NCBI GenBank assembly: GCA_020725385.1
Contig: DYFC01000019.1
Location: forward strand, 1-51,312
Direction of reading: 5' to 3'
DNA: 51,312 nt
Origin: Nitrospira japonica
GTDB lineage: Bacteria; Nitrospirota; Thermodesulfovibrionia; Thermodesulfovibrionales; SM23-35
Positions 27,351-37,342 of this stretch are shown piece by piece. A program made the position numbers and the translations under genes. The number at the start of each line of letters is the position of its first letter. Position 1 is the stretch's first letter. The notes under the pieces are model-generated. The model was given only the letters and a program-made list of their open reading frames with translations. It did no database searches and was not told where the DNA came from.

Positions 27351-28619
27351 TTATCCTTTCTTTCCGTCCATTCCATATAATTTTCTTATAGCAGCAACCA
27401 AAACATCTCTATCTTCAGAATCTTCTTTTAAAGCTGCTGTTGGCGGATGAATTAACTTATTTACTATAGCAGTAGCCATATACTCAATAGCTTCCTTCTC
27501 TTTTTGTCCTAAGCCAGGTATTTTATGCATTAATTTTTCAAGTTCTTCCTTTTTTATCTCTTCAGCTTTTTCTCTGATGGCAATAATAGTTGGCACTGAA
27601 TCGAGAGACTGAAGCCATTTTGAAAAAGTCTCAATCTCTTCTTCAATAATCTGTTCAGCTTTTTCAGCTTCTTTTTTCCTCTCAAAGAGATTTGTATCAA
27701 CAATTCCCTGAAGGTCGTCAACATTATAGAGATAGACATTATCAAGCTCGTTTATTTCAGGGTCTATATTTCTCGGGACAGAAATATCAATTATAAAAAC
27801 CTGTCTTTGCTTTCTTTCTTTCATTACTTTTTGCATCTGATTTTTTGAAAGGATATAATGTGATGCACCAGTTGAACAGATTATTATGTCAGCCCTGTGC
27901 ATTTCATCTATAAAATTATCAAATTTTACAGGCCTTCCATTGAATTCTTTTGCAAGGTCACAAGCACGTTCAAAAGTTCTATTTGCAACAAGAACTTCTC
28001 GGACGCCGTTATTTATGAGATGCCTTGCAGCAAGTTCTGCCATTTCACCTGCTCCGAGTAACATGAAAACTTTTTTTGAAAGATCAGTAAAAATTTTTTT
28101 CGCTAATTCAACTGCTGCAAAACTTATTGAGACAGCATTTTCTGCTATCTTTGTTTCTGTCCTCACCCTTTTCGCAACTGAAATGGACTTTTTCATTAAT
28201 TTGTTCAAAAGTATGCCTGTAGTTTTTTTAGCGAGAGCGAGTTCAAAGGCATCTTTCAATTGTCCAAGTATCTGGGGTTCGCCAATTACCATCGAATCAA
28301 GACTTGAAGCAACTCTAAAGACATGTTTTACAGCATCCATACCGGCATGTATATATAAAGACCTGTCAAGGGCTGTTCTATCGATTTTATGATAGTCTGA
28401 AAGAAAAACCCTTATTGCCTCTTCTGCTTTTTCAGCATCATCTACATTTGCATAGAGCTCAACCCTATTACAGGTTGACAAAATAATGCTTTCCTTAATA
28501 TGCGGAAGTTTGTGAAAAAGCAATAAACCTTCTTCAAGTTTCGGTCCGTTAAAGGCGAGCTTCTCTCTCACATCCACATCTGCAACCTTATGATTTAAGC
28601 CTACTACAAGAACTTTCAT
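27351..28619 (-). CDS. hemA: Glutamyl-tRNA reductase
   Basis: GLNHK, LSTCNRVE, SSLDSMVIGEPQILGQ, GAGEMA, DISVPRNID. Confidence 0.97.
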   Translation of the reverse strand: MKVLVVGLNHKVADVDVREKLAFNGPKLEEGLLLFHKLPHIKESIILSTCNRVELYANVDDAEKAEEAIRVFLSDYHKIDRTALDRSLYIHAGMDAVKHVFRVASSLDSMVIGEPQILGQLKDAFELALAKKTTGILLNKLMKKSISVAKRVRTETKIAENAVSISFAAVELAKKIFTDLSKKVFMLLGAGEMAELAARHLINNGVREVLVANRTFERACDLAKEFNGRPVKFDNFIDEMHRADIIICSTGASHYILSKNQMQKVMKERKQRQVFIIDISVPRNIDPEINELDNVYLYNVDDLQGIVDTNLFERKKEAEKAEQIIEEEIETFSKWLQSLDSVPTIIAIREKAEEIKKEELEKLMHKIPGLGQKEKEAIEYMATAIVNKLIHPPTAALKEDSEDRDVLVAAIRKLYGMDGKKG

Positions 28620-29431
28620 AGAAAAACGTGGAGACCTTTCTTTAGGAGTTTAATACCAAAGAAAGCTATCAGTATTGTTAAGAATCCAACAATTGATAAA
28701 ATTGCAGCTCTTTTACCACGCCAGCCAGCTATAAGACGGGCGTGAAGGATAATCGCATAGATAAACCATGTTACTAAAGACCATGTCTCTCTTGGATCCC
28801 AATTCCAGTAACTTCCCCACGCAGTCTGCGCCCATAATGCCCCTGTTATTATTGCAAATGTAAGTAACGGAAAACCAAAAGTTATGAGTCTATAATTTAT
28901 TTCATCAAGACTTTGTAAGCTCGGAAGTCTTTCAAATAATCCTGATATTTTTTTGGCCTTTACATAATGTTCCTGCACAAGATACATAATACCTATTCCA
29001 AAAGCAAGAGCAAAAGCTGCATTTCCAAGAAAAGCAAAAACAGTATGAATACCAAGCCAATAACTCTGCAAAACCGGGCTTAAAGGTTTGATTTCTCTTG
29101 GCAGCATTGATGAGGATAACATTAGTAATAAAACAAAAGGCATTATAAAAGAAGGAAGAAGATTTATTTTGTATCTAAAGTTAAGTATAAAAAAAATAAG
29201 TACTATACACCACGAGAAAAAAGATGTTGCTTCATGGGGATTAGTTATTGGTATATGGCCTGCTGCAACATAACGGTAAATAATATTAACTGTATGGATG
29301 AAAAACCCTACAGCAGCAGAAAAAAGCATTATTCTGTGAGTAATTTTTGACTCTTTGAAGATTTCCGTAATACTTACTATTGCTGAAGCAAAATAGCAAG
29401 TGAGAGCAAGTTCAAACAGAATTACATCCAT
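28616..29431 (-). CDS. ccsA: Cytochrome c biogenesis CcsA/HemX-like membrane protein
   Basis: WLGIHT, GALWAQTAWGSYWNWDPRETWS (WWD domain), C-terminal GLH; ATG 29431 overlaps the upstream stop (TAATG). Confidence 0.88.
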   Translation of the reverse strand: MDVILFELALTCYFASAIVSITEIFKESKITHRIMLFSAAVGFFIHTVNIIYRYVAAGHIPITNPHEATSFFSWCIVLIFFILNFRYKINLLPSFIMPFVLLLMLSSSMLPREIKPLSPVLQSYWLGIHTVFAFLGNAAFALAFGIGIMYLVQEHYVKAKKISGLFERLPSLQSLDEINYRLITFGFPLLTFAIITGALWAQTAWGSYWNWDPRETWSLVTWFIYAIILHARLIAGWRGKRAAILSIVGFLTILIAFFGIKLLKKGLHVFL

Positions 29432-29601
29432 TAGAAACAACCAAGCTCACAATTTATTATTTTGACTTTCAGTTCATCAGCAGCTTTGCCGACTTCGCGA
29501 TAGGAAACCGAAAGGTCTTCAGCTATTTTTCTCGCTACCTTGCAGGGTATTTTATTATTAATAGCTGTCTTTTTTATTTCTTCAAAAATTTTCTCTTTCA
29601 T
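29431..29601 (-). CDS. Small (56 aa) Cys-containing protein ending CELGCF
   Basis: MKEKIFEEIKK..IPCKVARKIA..VGKAADELKVKIINCELGCF; translationally coupled to ccsA. Confidence 0.75.
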   Translation of the reverse strand: MKEKIFEEIKKTAINNKIPCKVARKIAEDLSVSYREVGKAADELKVKIINCELGCF

Positions 29602-29848
29602 GACGGTATATAAAAATATTACACCATAAAGCATTTAAAACTCAAATATGTATACTCATTCACAACATATGAGACGATAGAAGGATTTAAAAATCATCAA
29701 TAATGCCAAGTTTAATTGCAAAGAGTTATATTCCTTAATGAATGATGTGGTCTGCACAATTATAGATGTATTTATCTCAGGTTCTTCGTTAGTAAAGGGG
29801 AGTTAGTTAACGAAGGAAATTAAAGATTTTATGATTATATTGTTTAAT

Positions 29849-30187
29849 TTAAAGCAGATTAAGCTTTTTGAGAATTTCTAAACTTTCAATAATAAAGTTT
29901 TCTATATCCATTGGTTCTGCTTCAATATGTAGCAAAGGATTTTCGAATGGATGTTTATGATAGAAACCTCCTTCTTTATCTATCCCGTATATTCTTTCGC
30001 CAGCAACTACAAGAGCCATGTTGAGTTTTTCTTTTGTTTCATTGGCATAAATTTGTATAAAAACTTCACGAGAAAAACCAATCCTTGCAATCAGGGTAAC
30101 ATTTGTATGGTCCAATTCTAATAGTTTTAAGCTATATCTATCGAGAATATCTTTTATGGTTTGAGTAACTTTTCTAATTGTTATCAT
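29849..30187 (-). CDS. Putative toxin, DUF6516/TumE-like
   Basis: RIYGIDKEGGFYHKHPFENPLLH His-rich motif; ATGA overlap with the upstream small gene. Confidence 0.5.
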   Translation of the reverse strand: MITIRKVTQTIKDILDRYSLKLLELDHTNVTLIARIGFSREVFIQIYANETKEKLNMALVVAGERIYGIDKEGGFYHKHPFENPLLHIEAEPMDIENFIIESLEILKKLNLL

Positions 30188-30453
30188 TCGTTTATTTCTC
30201 GAATCTTTTTTATTTTATCCTCAAGATATCTTATGCTTTCTATGGCATGTTCCCAGTTCATAGAGTCCAACTCTATATCCCATGCAAAGTCCTTTTTTGC
30301 TACGAGATTCTTTTTGTCAAATTCCTGAAAACTCATACCATATTTCTTTCTAAATTTCTCGTCAGTCAGCTTAAATAAAGCAAGGCGTTTTTCATATTCA
30401 CTTAAAACAGCTTCTTTTATTTCTTTCTCGGGAAGCAAATCAATAAGTTTCAT
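30184..30453 (-). CDS. Putative antitoxin (KYGMSFxEF type)
   Basis: 89-aa helical protein with FRKKYGMSFQEF..D...WE; strong SD AGGAGGT; first gene of a bicistron. Confidence 0.55.
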   Translation of the reverse strand: MKLIDLLPEKEIKEAVLSEYEKRLALFKLTDEKFRKKYGMSFQEFDKKNLVAKKDFAWDIELDSMNWEHAIESIRYLEDKIKKIREINE

Positions 30454-30962
30454 TTAAATTACCTCCTTTTGTTTAACATAGTATAACAATATTTTTATCC
30501 ACTTTCTGTTACAATTGCAATCTCTACATTATATGTATTTTCAAAATGTAATCCTTATAATTATTGGAAAAATCATGCATACTAACTATACACCAGATTT
30601 ATTGCATTTTGAGTATGCGCTACATGCAATAACAGATGAGACAATATAACAGTTGCAACAATATGCTATTTAAGCAAGATCTGTTGGACTATATATAATC
30701 CCTATTACCGAACCAGTGCTAGTAATACTTCTGACCGTTTTTTCTGATTAAAAGTGCTTGTTCACAGCATTTGAGACAAAAAGAGAAGGTCTCAATTATA
30801 TTAAAAAGTTACCCTCTATTTTATCTTTTTTTGTTTATGTGTAAACATGTTTAATTCAATAAAATAAATTTTTAAATAATTTTGTCTTAAATCTTAATTA
30901 TAGAAATTTAAAGGCTCAAACTTTTATCGAATATTGTAAAAATACCGGTTATATGTATCCTT

Positions 30963-31736
30963 CTATTTGAATTTTAAAAAATATTCATCCATCTCAGGTC
31001 TTAATTCCAAGCCTACTCTCTCAAAGCAATCTAATAATTCTGAGTATGCTCCTTTCCCTCCAAGAAAGTCCCAAAATTCTTCCGCAACTTTTAGTTCATT
31101 ATTCAAATCAAGCATACCTTTTAATGTCCATCTTTCATAGGGTTTTGGTTCATAAGGATTATATGGAATTGCAATATAAGAATGTACATCTGAAGTAGGA
31201 TGACCTGATAAATAAATTGCTATCCATTCTAATAATGTTCTCTTAAAATCCTTGAAATTACTGATATTAGGCTTAGCTGTTTTTAAATCGAATAAATGGA
31301 CAGTTCCGTCTTTGCCTTTAACAAACAAATCAACCTTTACAGTTTTTAATTTATTCATTGTGCCCTTATTGCAGACTTTTCTTATCCTTGCAATTTCTTC
31401 CACTTTATTAGGTACGTTTCCAATAGTCAGTTCATTCATGATGTGTTGAATTTCTGTCTGTGCCTGTTCGCTTATTGTATTACCCACTACGAATTGTTTC
31501 TGTGCAACAGGGAAGTTTAAGCTTGCCAAAGTTTCTGCCACAGGCTCAAAAATAGAAGTGCCGAAAGTGGTATTCAAAGAATGGATGAAAGAAAATAATG
31601 CCATTCTATCCTGCCCGAGTAAGCGATAATGGAACGGCATATTATTGGTCTCGGGTTTATAAGATAGAAATTTATTTTTTAGGCTCTCCTTGATGGTATT
31701 TTCAACTCTCTTTATTTGTTCTTTTGAAAGGGCCAT
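30963..31736 (-). CDS. Type II restriction endonuclease, TdeIII/MjaII-like
   Basis: MPFHYRLLG, SLNTTFGTSIFE, VDLFV..DLKTAKPN (PD-(D/E)xK-like), IPYNPY; 1 nt after the methylase stop. Confidence 0.75.
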   Translation of the reverse strand: MALSKEQIKRVENTIKESLKNKFLSYKPETNNMPFHYRLLGQDRMALFSFIHSLNTTFGTSIFEPVAETLASLNFPVAQKQFVVGNTISEQAQTEIQHIMNELTIGNVPNKVEEIARIRKVCNKGTMNKLKTVKVDLFVKGKDGTVHLFDLKTAKPNISNFKDFKRTLLEWIAIYLSGHPTSDVHSYIAIPYNPYEPKPYERWTLKGMLDLNNELKVAEEFWDFLGGKGAYSELLDCFERVGLELRPEMDEYFLKFK

Positions 31737-31737
31737 T

Positions 31738-33351
31738 TTATATTTCCTTTAAGTGAAAAATTGTTTCTGCATAGGCGGTATCTCTGTCTTTTTCTACTCT
31801 GTTAAGAACAGGCCGTTTAAATCTATTAACTATTTTCATCTCTGCCGATTCTGCTATCTTGGGATAGAGATTGAATTTATCGTTAGCAACTAAGAAAATA
31901 TCATAGTCAGACTGAAGATATCTTTTACAATTTTTTAAGACTTCTGCTATGCCCTGTGTGTAGAACTCCCTTGCTTCTTTCCCCTGCCCCTTGAATAAAT
32001 GTCCTATTTCCAGTTCATCTTTTCGCTTAAGACCAAACATTTCATATGCATAGGCATGTTGTTCATGATAAGCAATTAGCCCAACATAAGGAGGACTCGA
32101 AAAGATTCCTCTTATTTTTTGTTTTGATAAAATTTCTGCAAGTTCGAGATTTAATTTCTTAGTTTCTTCAAAAATATCAATTGTTCTGCTATCCCCCACT
32201 AAGCAAAGTTGATAGGTCTCTGTCCTAAACTTGTTAAACTCATCGAGGCGATTTAATGTATCTACAGTATAAGTCTGCCACCAATTGGCAATAGTAAAAA
32301 TTGGCTTACAGATTTTTCCATGTTTTTTACAGTAATATGTAGTTGTAATGGGCTCTCTTAGAGTAGCTAAATCAGCATGTGTAGTCGCTCTGCAAGAACG
32401 AACTGTTCTACTTAAGATAACTGCTAAAACTCTCTTAATATCTTCATTCGCTATAGTAGTTTTCAATTCGTTAGATAAAAAATCAATTTCTTCTCTCACA
32501 GGCAATAAAAACCACCTATCCAAAAAAGTATCATTTCTATTCTGTTTTATTTTAATTTGATATTTTTCTACTAGAGCATAGTAAATATCCAGAAATTCCT
32601 TTTCTCTTATACTGGCATACTTACTCTCGTTGATTTCACCTCTTGCAACTTTTCTCTTATATTCTGGTGATGGGAAATATTTAGCATTGAATTTTGCAAG
32701 TTCTGATAATAGATGCTCTTCAAAAATAATATTGTTTCTGGTTTTCTGGAAGTCCTTTAGTCGTGATGTTAGTTTATGTATTGCATTTGCGATTAAAGGT
32801 AGATTATGTTTCTTTATTTTGATATTGGTAATCAATGCATTGAAGGAAGATATATCTATTCCAATAGCATGCATTCCAAGTTCATTTGCCTGTACTAGTG
32901 TTGTCCCGCTACCGCAAAAAGGATCTAATACTATATCGCCTTCATGAAAATAAATCTCTCTTTTAAATTCATCAGTATGAGAGTCAAGAAAATATTCTAC
33001 TAACTGAGGGATAAACTTTCCTTTATACGGATGTAACCTATGTACATGCTTTGTCCTTTCTGATTCTGTATATTCTATAAAAGACAAGTGCCAATTGAGG
33101 TCATCTCCCAATATCTTTTTAAGCCGCTTCTCTTTATTATTAAGCGAGTCATAATAGTCTTTTAGCTCTTCTACATTTAACAGAGGGTTGCCGTTGTTAC
33201 CATATTTGTTTATTCTTCCATATTGAATAAGATAGAGAATGTTTGAAATGGTAACTTTACGATTCAGATATTGAGAAGCCCATTCGCTGGCTTCTTTTAA
33301 ATTAAGCATTTTTATATCTTTTTTTTCGAAGAATGTTAACTGGTTCATCAT
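31738..33351 (-). CDS. DNA amino-methyltransferase (probably N4-cytosine) with an N-terminal HTH-like segment
   Basis: HPYKGKF, DPFCGSGTT (motif I) before SSPPY (motif IV); N-terminal LNLKEASEWAS..ISNILYLIQYG. Confidence 0.85.
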   Translation of the reverse strand: MMNQLTFFEKKDIKMLNLKEASEWASQYLNRKVTISNILYLIQYGRINKYGNNGNPLLNVEELKDYYDSLNNKEKRLKKILGDDLNWHLSFIEYTESERTKHVHRLHPYKGKFIPQLVEYFLDSHTDEFKREIYFHEGDIVLDPFCGSGTTLVQANELGMHAIGIDISSFNALITNIKIKKHNLPLIANAIHKLTSRLKDFQKTRNNIIFEEHLLSELAKFNAKYFPSPEYKRKVARGEINESKYASIREKEFLDIYYALVEKYQIKIKQNRNDTFLDRWFLLPVREEIDFLSNELKTTIANEDIKRVLAVILSRTVRSCRATTHADLATLREPITTTYYCKKHGKICKPIFTIANWWQTYTVDTLNRLDEFNKFRTETYQLCLVGDSRTIDIFEETKKLNLELAEILSKQKIRGIFSSPPYVGLIAYHEQHAYAYEMFGLKRKDELEIGHLFKGQGKEAREFYTQGIAEVLKNCKRYLQSDYDIFLVANDKFNLYPKIAESAEMKIVNRFKRPVLNRVEKDRDTAYAETIFHLKEI

Positions 33352-33357
33352 AAAATT

Positions 33358-33363
33358 ATTATA
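33358..33363 (-). promoter_or_regulatory. Perfect -10 box 6 nt before the methylase ATG (leaderless geometry)
   Basis: TATAAT-aatttt-ATG, no SD, no clear -35. Confidence 0.5.
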
Positions 33364-33607
33364 TTGATTTTTTACGGATATTATATCTTAATTTTTTATA
33401 AAGATGCATGTTTTTGCTACTTCTCGATCCTACAGAAAGTTCGAAACGTTTTGCTTTAAAATATTTTTTAATTTCTTGCATTAAAAGATATAGAATTTGA
33501 AAAATCTTTTCATTTATTGCCACGAGACGTTATGTGATAATATATATCAGTTGATTCGCATTAGGCCATTGAACTTGTTCATATCAATTTATTAAGTATA
33601 TAAATTA

Positions 33608-36600
33608 TTACTTCTTAAGCCAGTGCATTATTCTGGAATAAACAGAAAACAGCGGTTTGTTTTCTACTTCTGCCACAGCTCCTGTTGTAAGCTGAATCTT
33701 CTTTCTAATCTGCTCTTTACGCTCCTGTGTTCCTGCTGTCAGAATAGCCTCTCCATATGCAGGCGCACCGCTTCCTATCTTAATATTACTTTTAATAATA
33801 ATTTCAGAACTGCCTGTTTCAGCTATTGAATCGGGTGAAAGTATCGCAATATTTGAAGGAGCAATTCCTGTATTATACTCAATCGCATAAAGATAAGAAC
33901 TCCCGCCGTATGAACAAGGGTCTGATTCTGGCTCGTAACTTATAAAATCTGCAAGGCCACCATAGAGTATTGGCCGTGAGATGATTCGCTGGCCTGAGGG
34001 AAGATATATTTTCCATCCATTTTTCGGTTCATAATGTTTTCCTGAAACAAGTTTTACTGTTGAAGGCATTTCTTTTAAAATGAATTTCTTTGCTGAAGAA
34101 TCATAAATACAGACCAGCTTTTTATTTAAAACTTCAACCCGTGTTTTATCATTAGTTGTATCAATGAAATCATCTTCATTAAATGTCTTTCCAGTATTCT
34201 TGAAGCCAATAAATATCTGGCGAGATTTATCTATTTCATCAATATCACTATAATATTTGCCCGAACCAGCATAGACCCATAAATCTCCTTTTGCATCTTT
34301 AACACCAACAGGTGAGGCAGTAAAAGGATAATCTCCTTCAAAAAGAACCGACCCCGCTCCATTAATAGAAATATCGCTCCATGATATATACTTTTTAGAA
34401 CCTGTTACTTCCATTATTTTTTCGATATTAAGGCTAAAAATATTTCCTTTCCAGTTGGTTGATGTTTTATATGCTGTCCCAAAATATATTTTTTCCGAAG
34501 TATAATTCATATCAGAATCTATTGATGAGATGTCGCTTACAATATGATTTACTCCTCCATAATTCAAAGAAATTTTTTTTATGAGTTCGCCTGAATAAAG
34601 ATCAAGCAAATATAAGTAACCTTTTTTATTTCTTCCAATATCTATATTTGCTTTTGGCAATATGTTCGACCCGGAGCCGATAACAACAAACCATTTCCCG
34701 TTTCTGTTCATTTCACCAATTCTTACAACCGCGGGCATACTTGTTGTATAGCCAAGGTCTATATCACTAAATTCCCATAAAGGTACAGGTTTTTCAAAAT
34801 TTGTTATATCTATCGCAAAATAAGAAGAAAGACCTGTATTTAAATTTTTGTCGGTTTGTATATTAGGAAATGTACCATCACATTCTGTTGTACCTCCAAA
34901 TCTCATACCACCTATAAGTATTGAACGCCAGCTTTCCTTCGTTTTCTCAGCATATTCACCTCCATAAATACTTGCATCAATAATCTTCACAGAAAGATCA
35001 ACATAAGGGATATGACAATAATATGGATTTGCAAGATATTTCAGGAAGGGGAATGCGTTATAAGGAACAAATGCCCATATCTCTTCACCAATATCTCCGT
35101 GATCATCTTCACCCGAACTGAAAGCTCTTTTAAATACTGCTTTGATATTATCTAAGAGTCCTGAATTCTGAAGGTATCCTGCTCTAAAAGCATGGAGCAT
35201 TCCATCATTTGAGCCTGCAAAGATAACGGAGAAACTTTTACTATAATTATCATCCGAGATAAATTCATAATATGAAAAATCTCCATAATCTGTATGAAAT
35301 GTATTCACCGGTCCAGCATGAAATATTTTTGGTGAAGAATTCACTATATCACCAAGTTTCCAGACACCTTTGTTTCCATTAATATTGACTCTTCTATCTC
35401 TAAATAAAGGATTTCTTTTCTTTCCACAGCTTCCACCTTCAGAATTAAAAGTTTCAAGACATTCACCTCTAACATATTTGATGATTGAATCAGCAGTGTA
35501 AAACCGTTCGGAATTTAGAGATTCTTTCATTTTGCTGCTCATTCCAATATTGAAAAACACTATGCCTGAACCTGAGATAATTTTATTCTCGCCGCTTATT
35601 ATATTTGAGGATGTATAAATGACTCTTTCAGAAGGACTTTTTTTGAAAAGTCTTTCACCTGCTTCCCAAATAGCTTTAACTTCTTCTAAACTTTTTGGAG
35701 ACCCGCTCTCTGAAGGACAACCCATTCCCCCGGTACCTGTAGAAAATAATGAAACAGATGAGTTTAAATCTTCAGAATTATAGCGAACTATTTTATCCTG
35801 GTCCAGAATCAATTTAAAATCATTTGAAGTATCCTCTCTAATATTTTTATCAGGGTCAAGCCAGAGACTTTGCAAATATCCAAGCCATCTTATTTCATTA
35901 GCGCCATCATACTTAATAGGTGAATAAAAAGCCTGATAAATTCCACCTGCTCTATCTCCTCCATTAGCCAAAATAGTAACCGCTGTTCCAGAAGCAAAAC
36001 CTGCAGCAATGTCCTGAATGATATTTTCAATCGAAGCTAAAAAATCTTCTGCATCGGTAGCCTCAAAATATGTATCTGGTATGTTATCTTCATTCATATC
36101 CCATTCTGATTCATCAGGTGCATTGTTTTGGTTTATATCTATGAACCCCCCATTCTTAGCAATTTCTTTCAAAAAATCTTTACCGTTTTCTGTTCCGGAA
36201 ATATGAATACTGTAAAAAGTAATATTTTGTATGCCTTTAATGTCATTTCTTATATCAACCACATGGCTTTCTCTTATTAAATTACTTAGATTATATATGT
36301 AATCTGTTGCTTCGCCACTTCCTATTACAACTACAACATTCTTTCTGCAATGCACGGATGAAGAAGGGTCTTTTTTACAGGAACAATTACTGCATTTATT
36401 TTTAAAATAATCAATTGATTTTTGAATTGCATTATAAAGCGGTGCTTCTATTACATTCCTGTCAGGAAAAGGAATACTCTTATTAATAAACTCTGCAATG
36501 TTTCCTGAATGCTCTGTACAACAGGCGAGCATTTCTGTTTGATTTGAAGAATAGCTTATTATTCCAATTCTCGGGCTTCCATTATCCCAGATTCCATCGT

Positions 36601-37219
36601 GGTCAGAATCTCCGAGATTCTGAATGATGCCGGTATATTTGCTTTTTACATCTTCTTGCAAAGATAATTCAACAGGTACACCCTGAGGAGATGTTTCGGG
36701 CAATTTACAACTTCCATCACTTGAAATAATTAAATTACCTTCATCGGTTATTTTAAAAATGCAGCCGGAAAAAACTGTTGTTTTTTTCTCCCATGCTTGA
36801 TTTAGGCCTTTCAACCTTTTCCTCGAAGCAGTCTCCGGTGTTCCCAATCCCCCTATTAAAACTTTCATCATAATATCGTATCTGCTCATTGTTGCCCAGT
36901 TAAGAAGACTGCCCGGATATGGTCCTTTATCAGGATATTCACATTCTTTAGCCTCATAAAATCCTGAAGAAGATGCACAGTATTTTTTATCAACTTCAAA
37001 GTAACCAGAATAATTGTAAGCTTTTTCTGGTATATACTCTCCAGTATAAAAAGGTTGAAGCATTGAGGAGGAATTATCAACAATAAACATTATATTTGGT
37101 GGGACAGAACGGGTTACATAAGGAGGTGAAGTACAATAATCCTTCATTGATTGAGTGTATAAAACAGAGGGAATGAAACCAATTAATACAATAACAAATA
37201 TAATTTTAATCTTACACAT
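33608..37219 (-). CDS. pilY1: Type IV pilus tip adhesin PilY1
   Basis: Signal peptide from ATG 37219; vWA-like NIMFIVDNSSSM (DxSxS); LGDIVNSSP, GSNDGMLHAF, GEEIWAFVP, PLWEF, GSGKY propeller motifs; DxNxD-type Ca loops. Confidence 0.88.
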   Translation of the reverse strand: MCKIKIIFVIVLIGFIPSVLYTQSMKDYCTSPPYVTRSVPPNIMFIVDNSSSMLQPFYTGEYIPEKAYNYSGYFEVDKKYCASSSGFYEAKECEYPDKGPYPGSLLNWATMSRYDIMMKVLIGGLGTPETASRKRLKGLNQAWEKKTTVFSGCIFKITDEGNLIISSDGSCKLPETSPQGVPVELSLQEDVKSKYTGIIQNLGDSDHDGIWDNGSPRIGIISYSSNQTEMLACCTEHSGNIAEFINKSIPFPDRNVIEAPLYNAIQKSIDYFKNKCSNCSCKKDPSSSVHCRKNVVVVIGSGEATDYIYNLSNLIRESHVVDIRNDIKGIQNITFYSIHISGTENGKDFLKEIAKNGGFIDINQNNAPDESEWDMNEDNIPDTYFEATDAEDFLASIENIIQDIAAGFASGTAVTILANGGDRAGGIYQAFYSPIKYDGANEIRWLGYLQSLWLDPDKNIREDTSNDFKLILDQDKIVRYNSEDLNSSVSLFSTGTGGMGCPSESGSPKSLEEVKAIWEAGERLFKKSPSERVIYTSSNIISGENKIISGSGIVFFNIGMSSKMKESLNSERFYTADSIIKYVRGECLETFNSEGGSCGKKRNPLFRDRRVNINGNKGVWKLGDIVNSSPKIFHAGPVNTFHTDYGDFSYYEFISDDNYSKSFSVIFAGSNDGMLHAFRAGYLQNSGLLDNIKAVFKRAFSSGEDDHGDIGEEIWAFVPYNAFPFLKYLANPYYCHIPYVDLSVKIIDASIYGGEYAEKTKESWRSILIGGMRFGGTTECDGTFPNIQTDKNLNTGLSSYFAIDITNFEKPVPLWEFSDIDLGYTTSMPAVVRIGEMNRNGKWFVVIGSGSNILPKANIDIGRNKKGYLYLLDLYSGELIKKISLNYGGVNHIVSDISSIDSDMNYTSEKIYFGTAYKTSTNWKGNIFSLNIEKIMEVTGSKKYISWSDISINGAGSVLFEGDYPFTASPVGVKDAKGDLWVYAGSGKYYSDIDEIDKSRQIFIGFKNTGKTFNEDDFIDTTNDKTRVEVLNKKLVCIYDSSAKKFILKEMPSTVKLVSGKHYEPKNGWKIYLPSGQRIISRPILYGGLADFISYEPESDPCSYGGSSYLYAIEYNTGIAPSNIAILSPDSIAETGSSEIIIKSNIKIGSGAPAYGEAILTAGTQERKEQIRKKIQLTTGAVAEVENKPLFSVYSRIMHWLKK

Positions 37220-37250
37220 TTTTTTTACCCTAAAAACTATCATCTTAATC

Positions 37251-37326
37251 GTCATTCTCTGGCTCTCCGGTTCCGCCAAACAGATGGCGGACAAGCAAGC
37301 CATAGGGTAAACTTGACCAGAGAATC
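37251..37326. repeat. Nested REP-like hairpins between pilX and pilY1
   Basis: Outer arms ATTCTCTGG (37254-62) and CCAGAGAAT (37317-25); inner TCCGCCA-aacaga-TGGCGGA (37272-91); locally GC-rich. Confidence 0.65.
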
Positions 37327-37342
37327 TTGATATATTTTTGCC

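Noticed and set aside
29690-29815. Possible HEPN-type gene remnant (FAIKLGIIDD, minus strand) and a CTTCGTTA/TAACGAAG inverted repeat
   Set aside because: About 10 residues flanked by stops and an 8-bp repeat; not distinguishable from chance without a search
30575-30750. Possible decayed membrane-protein fragment (ITEPVLVILL) on the + strand
   Set aside because: Short, interrupted by stops, similarity too weak to support
37220-37303. N-terminal extension of PilY1 in the ORF track
   Set aside because: Reads through the REP-like insert; the signal peptide begins at ATG 37219
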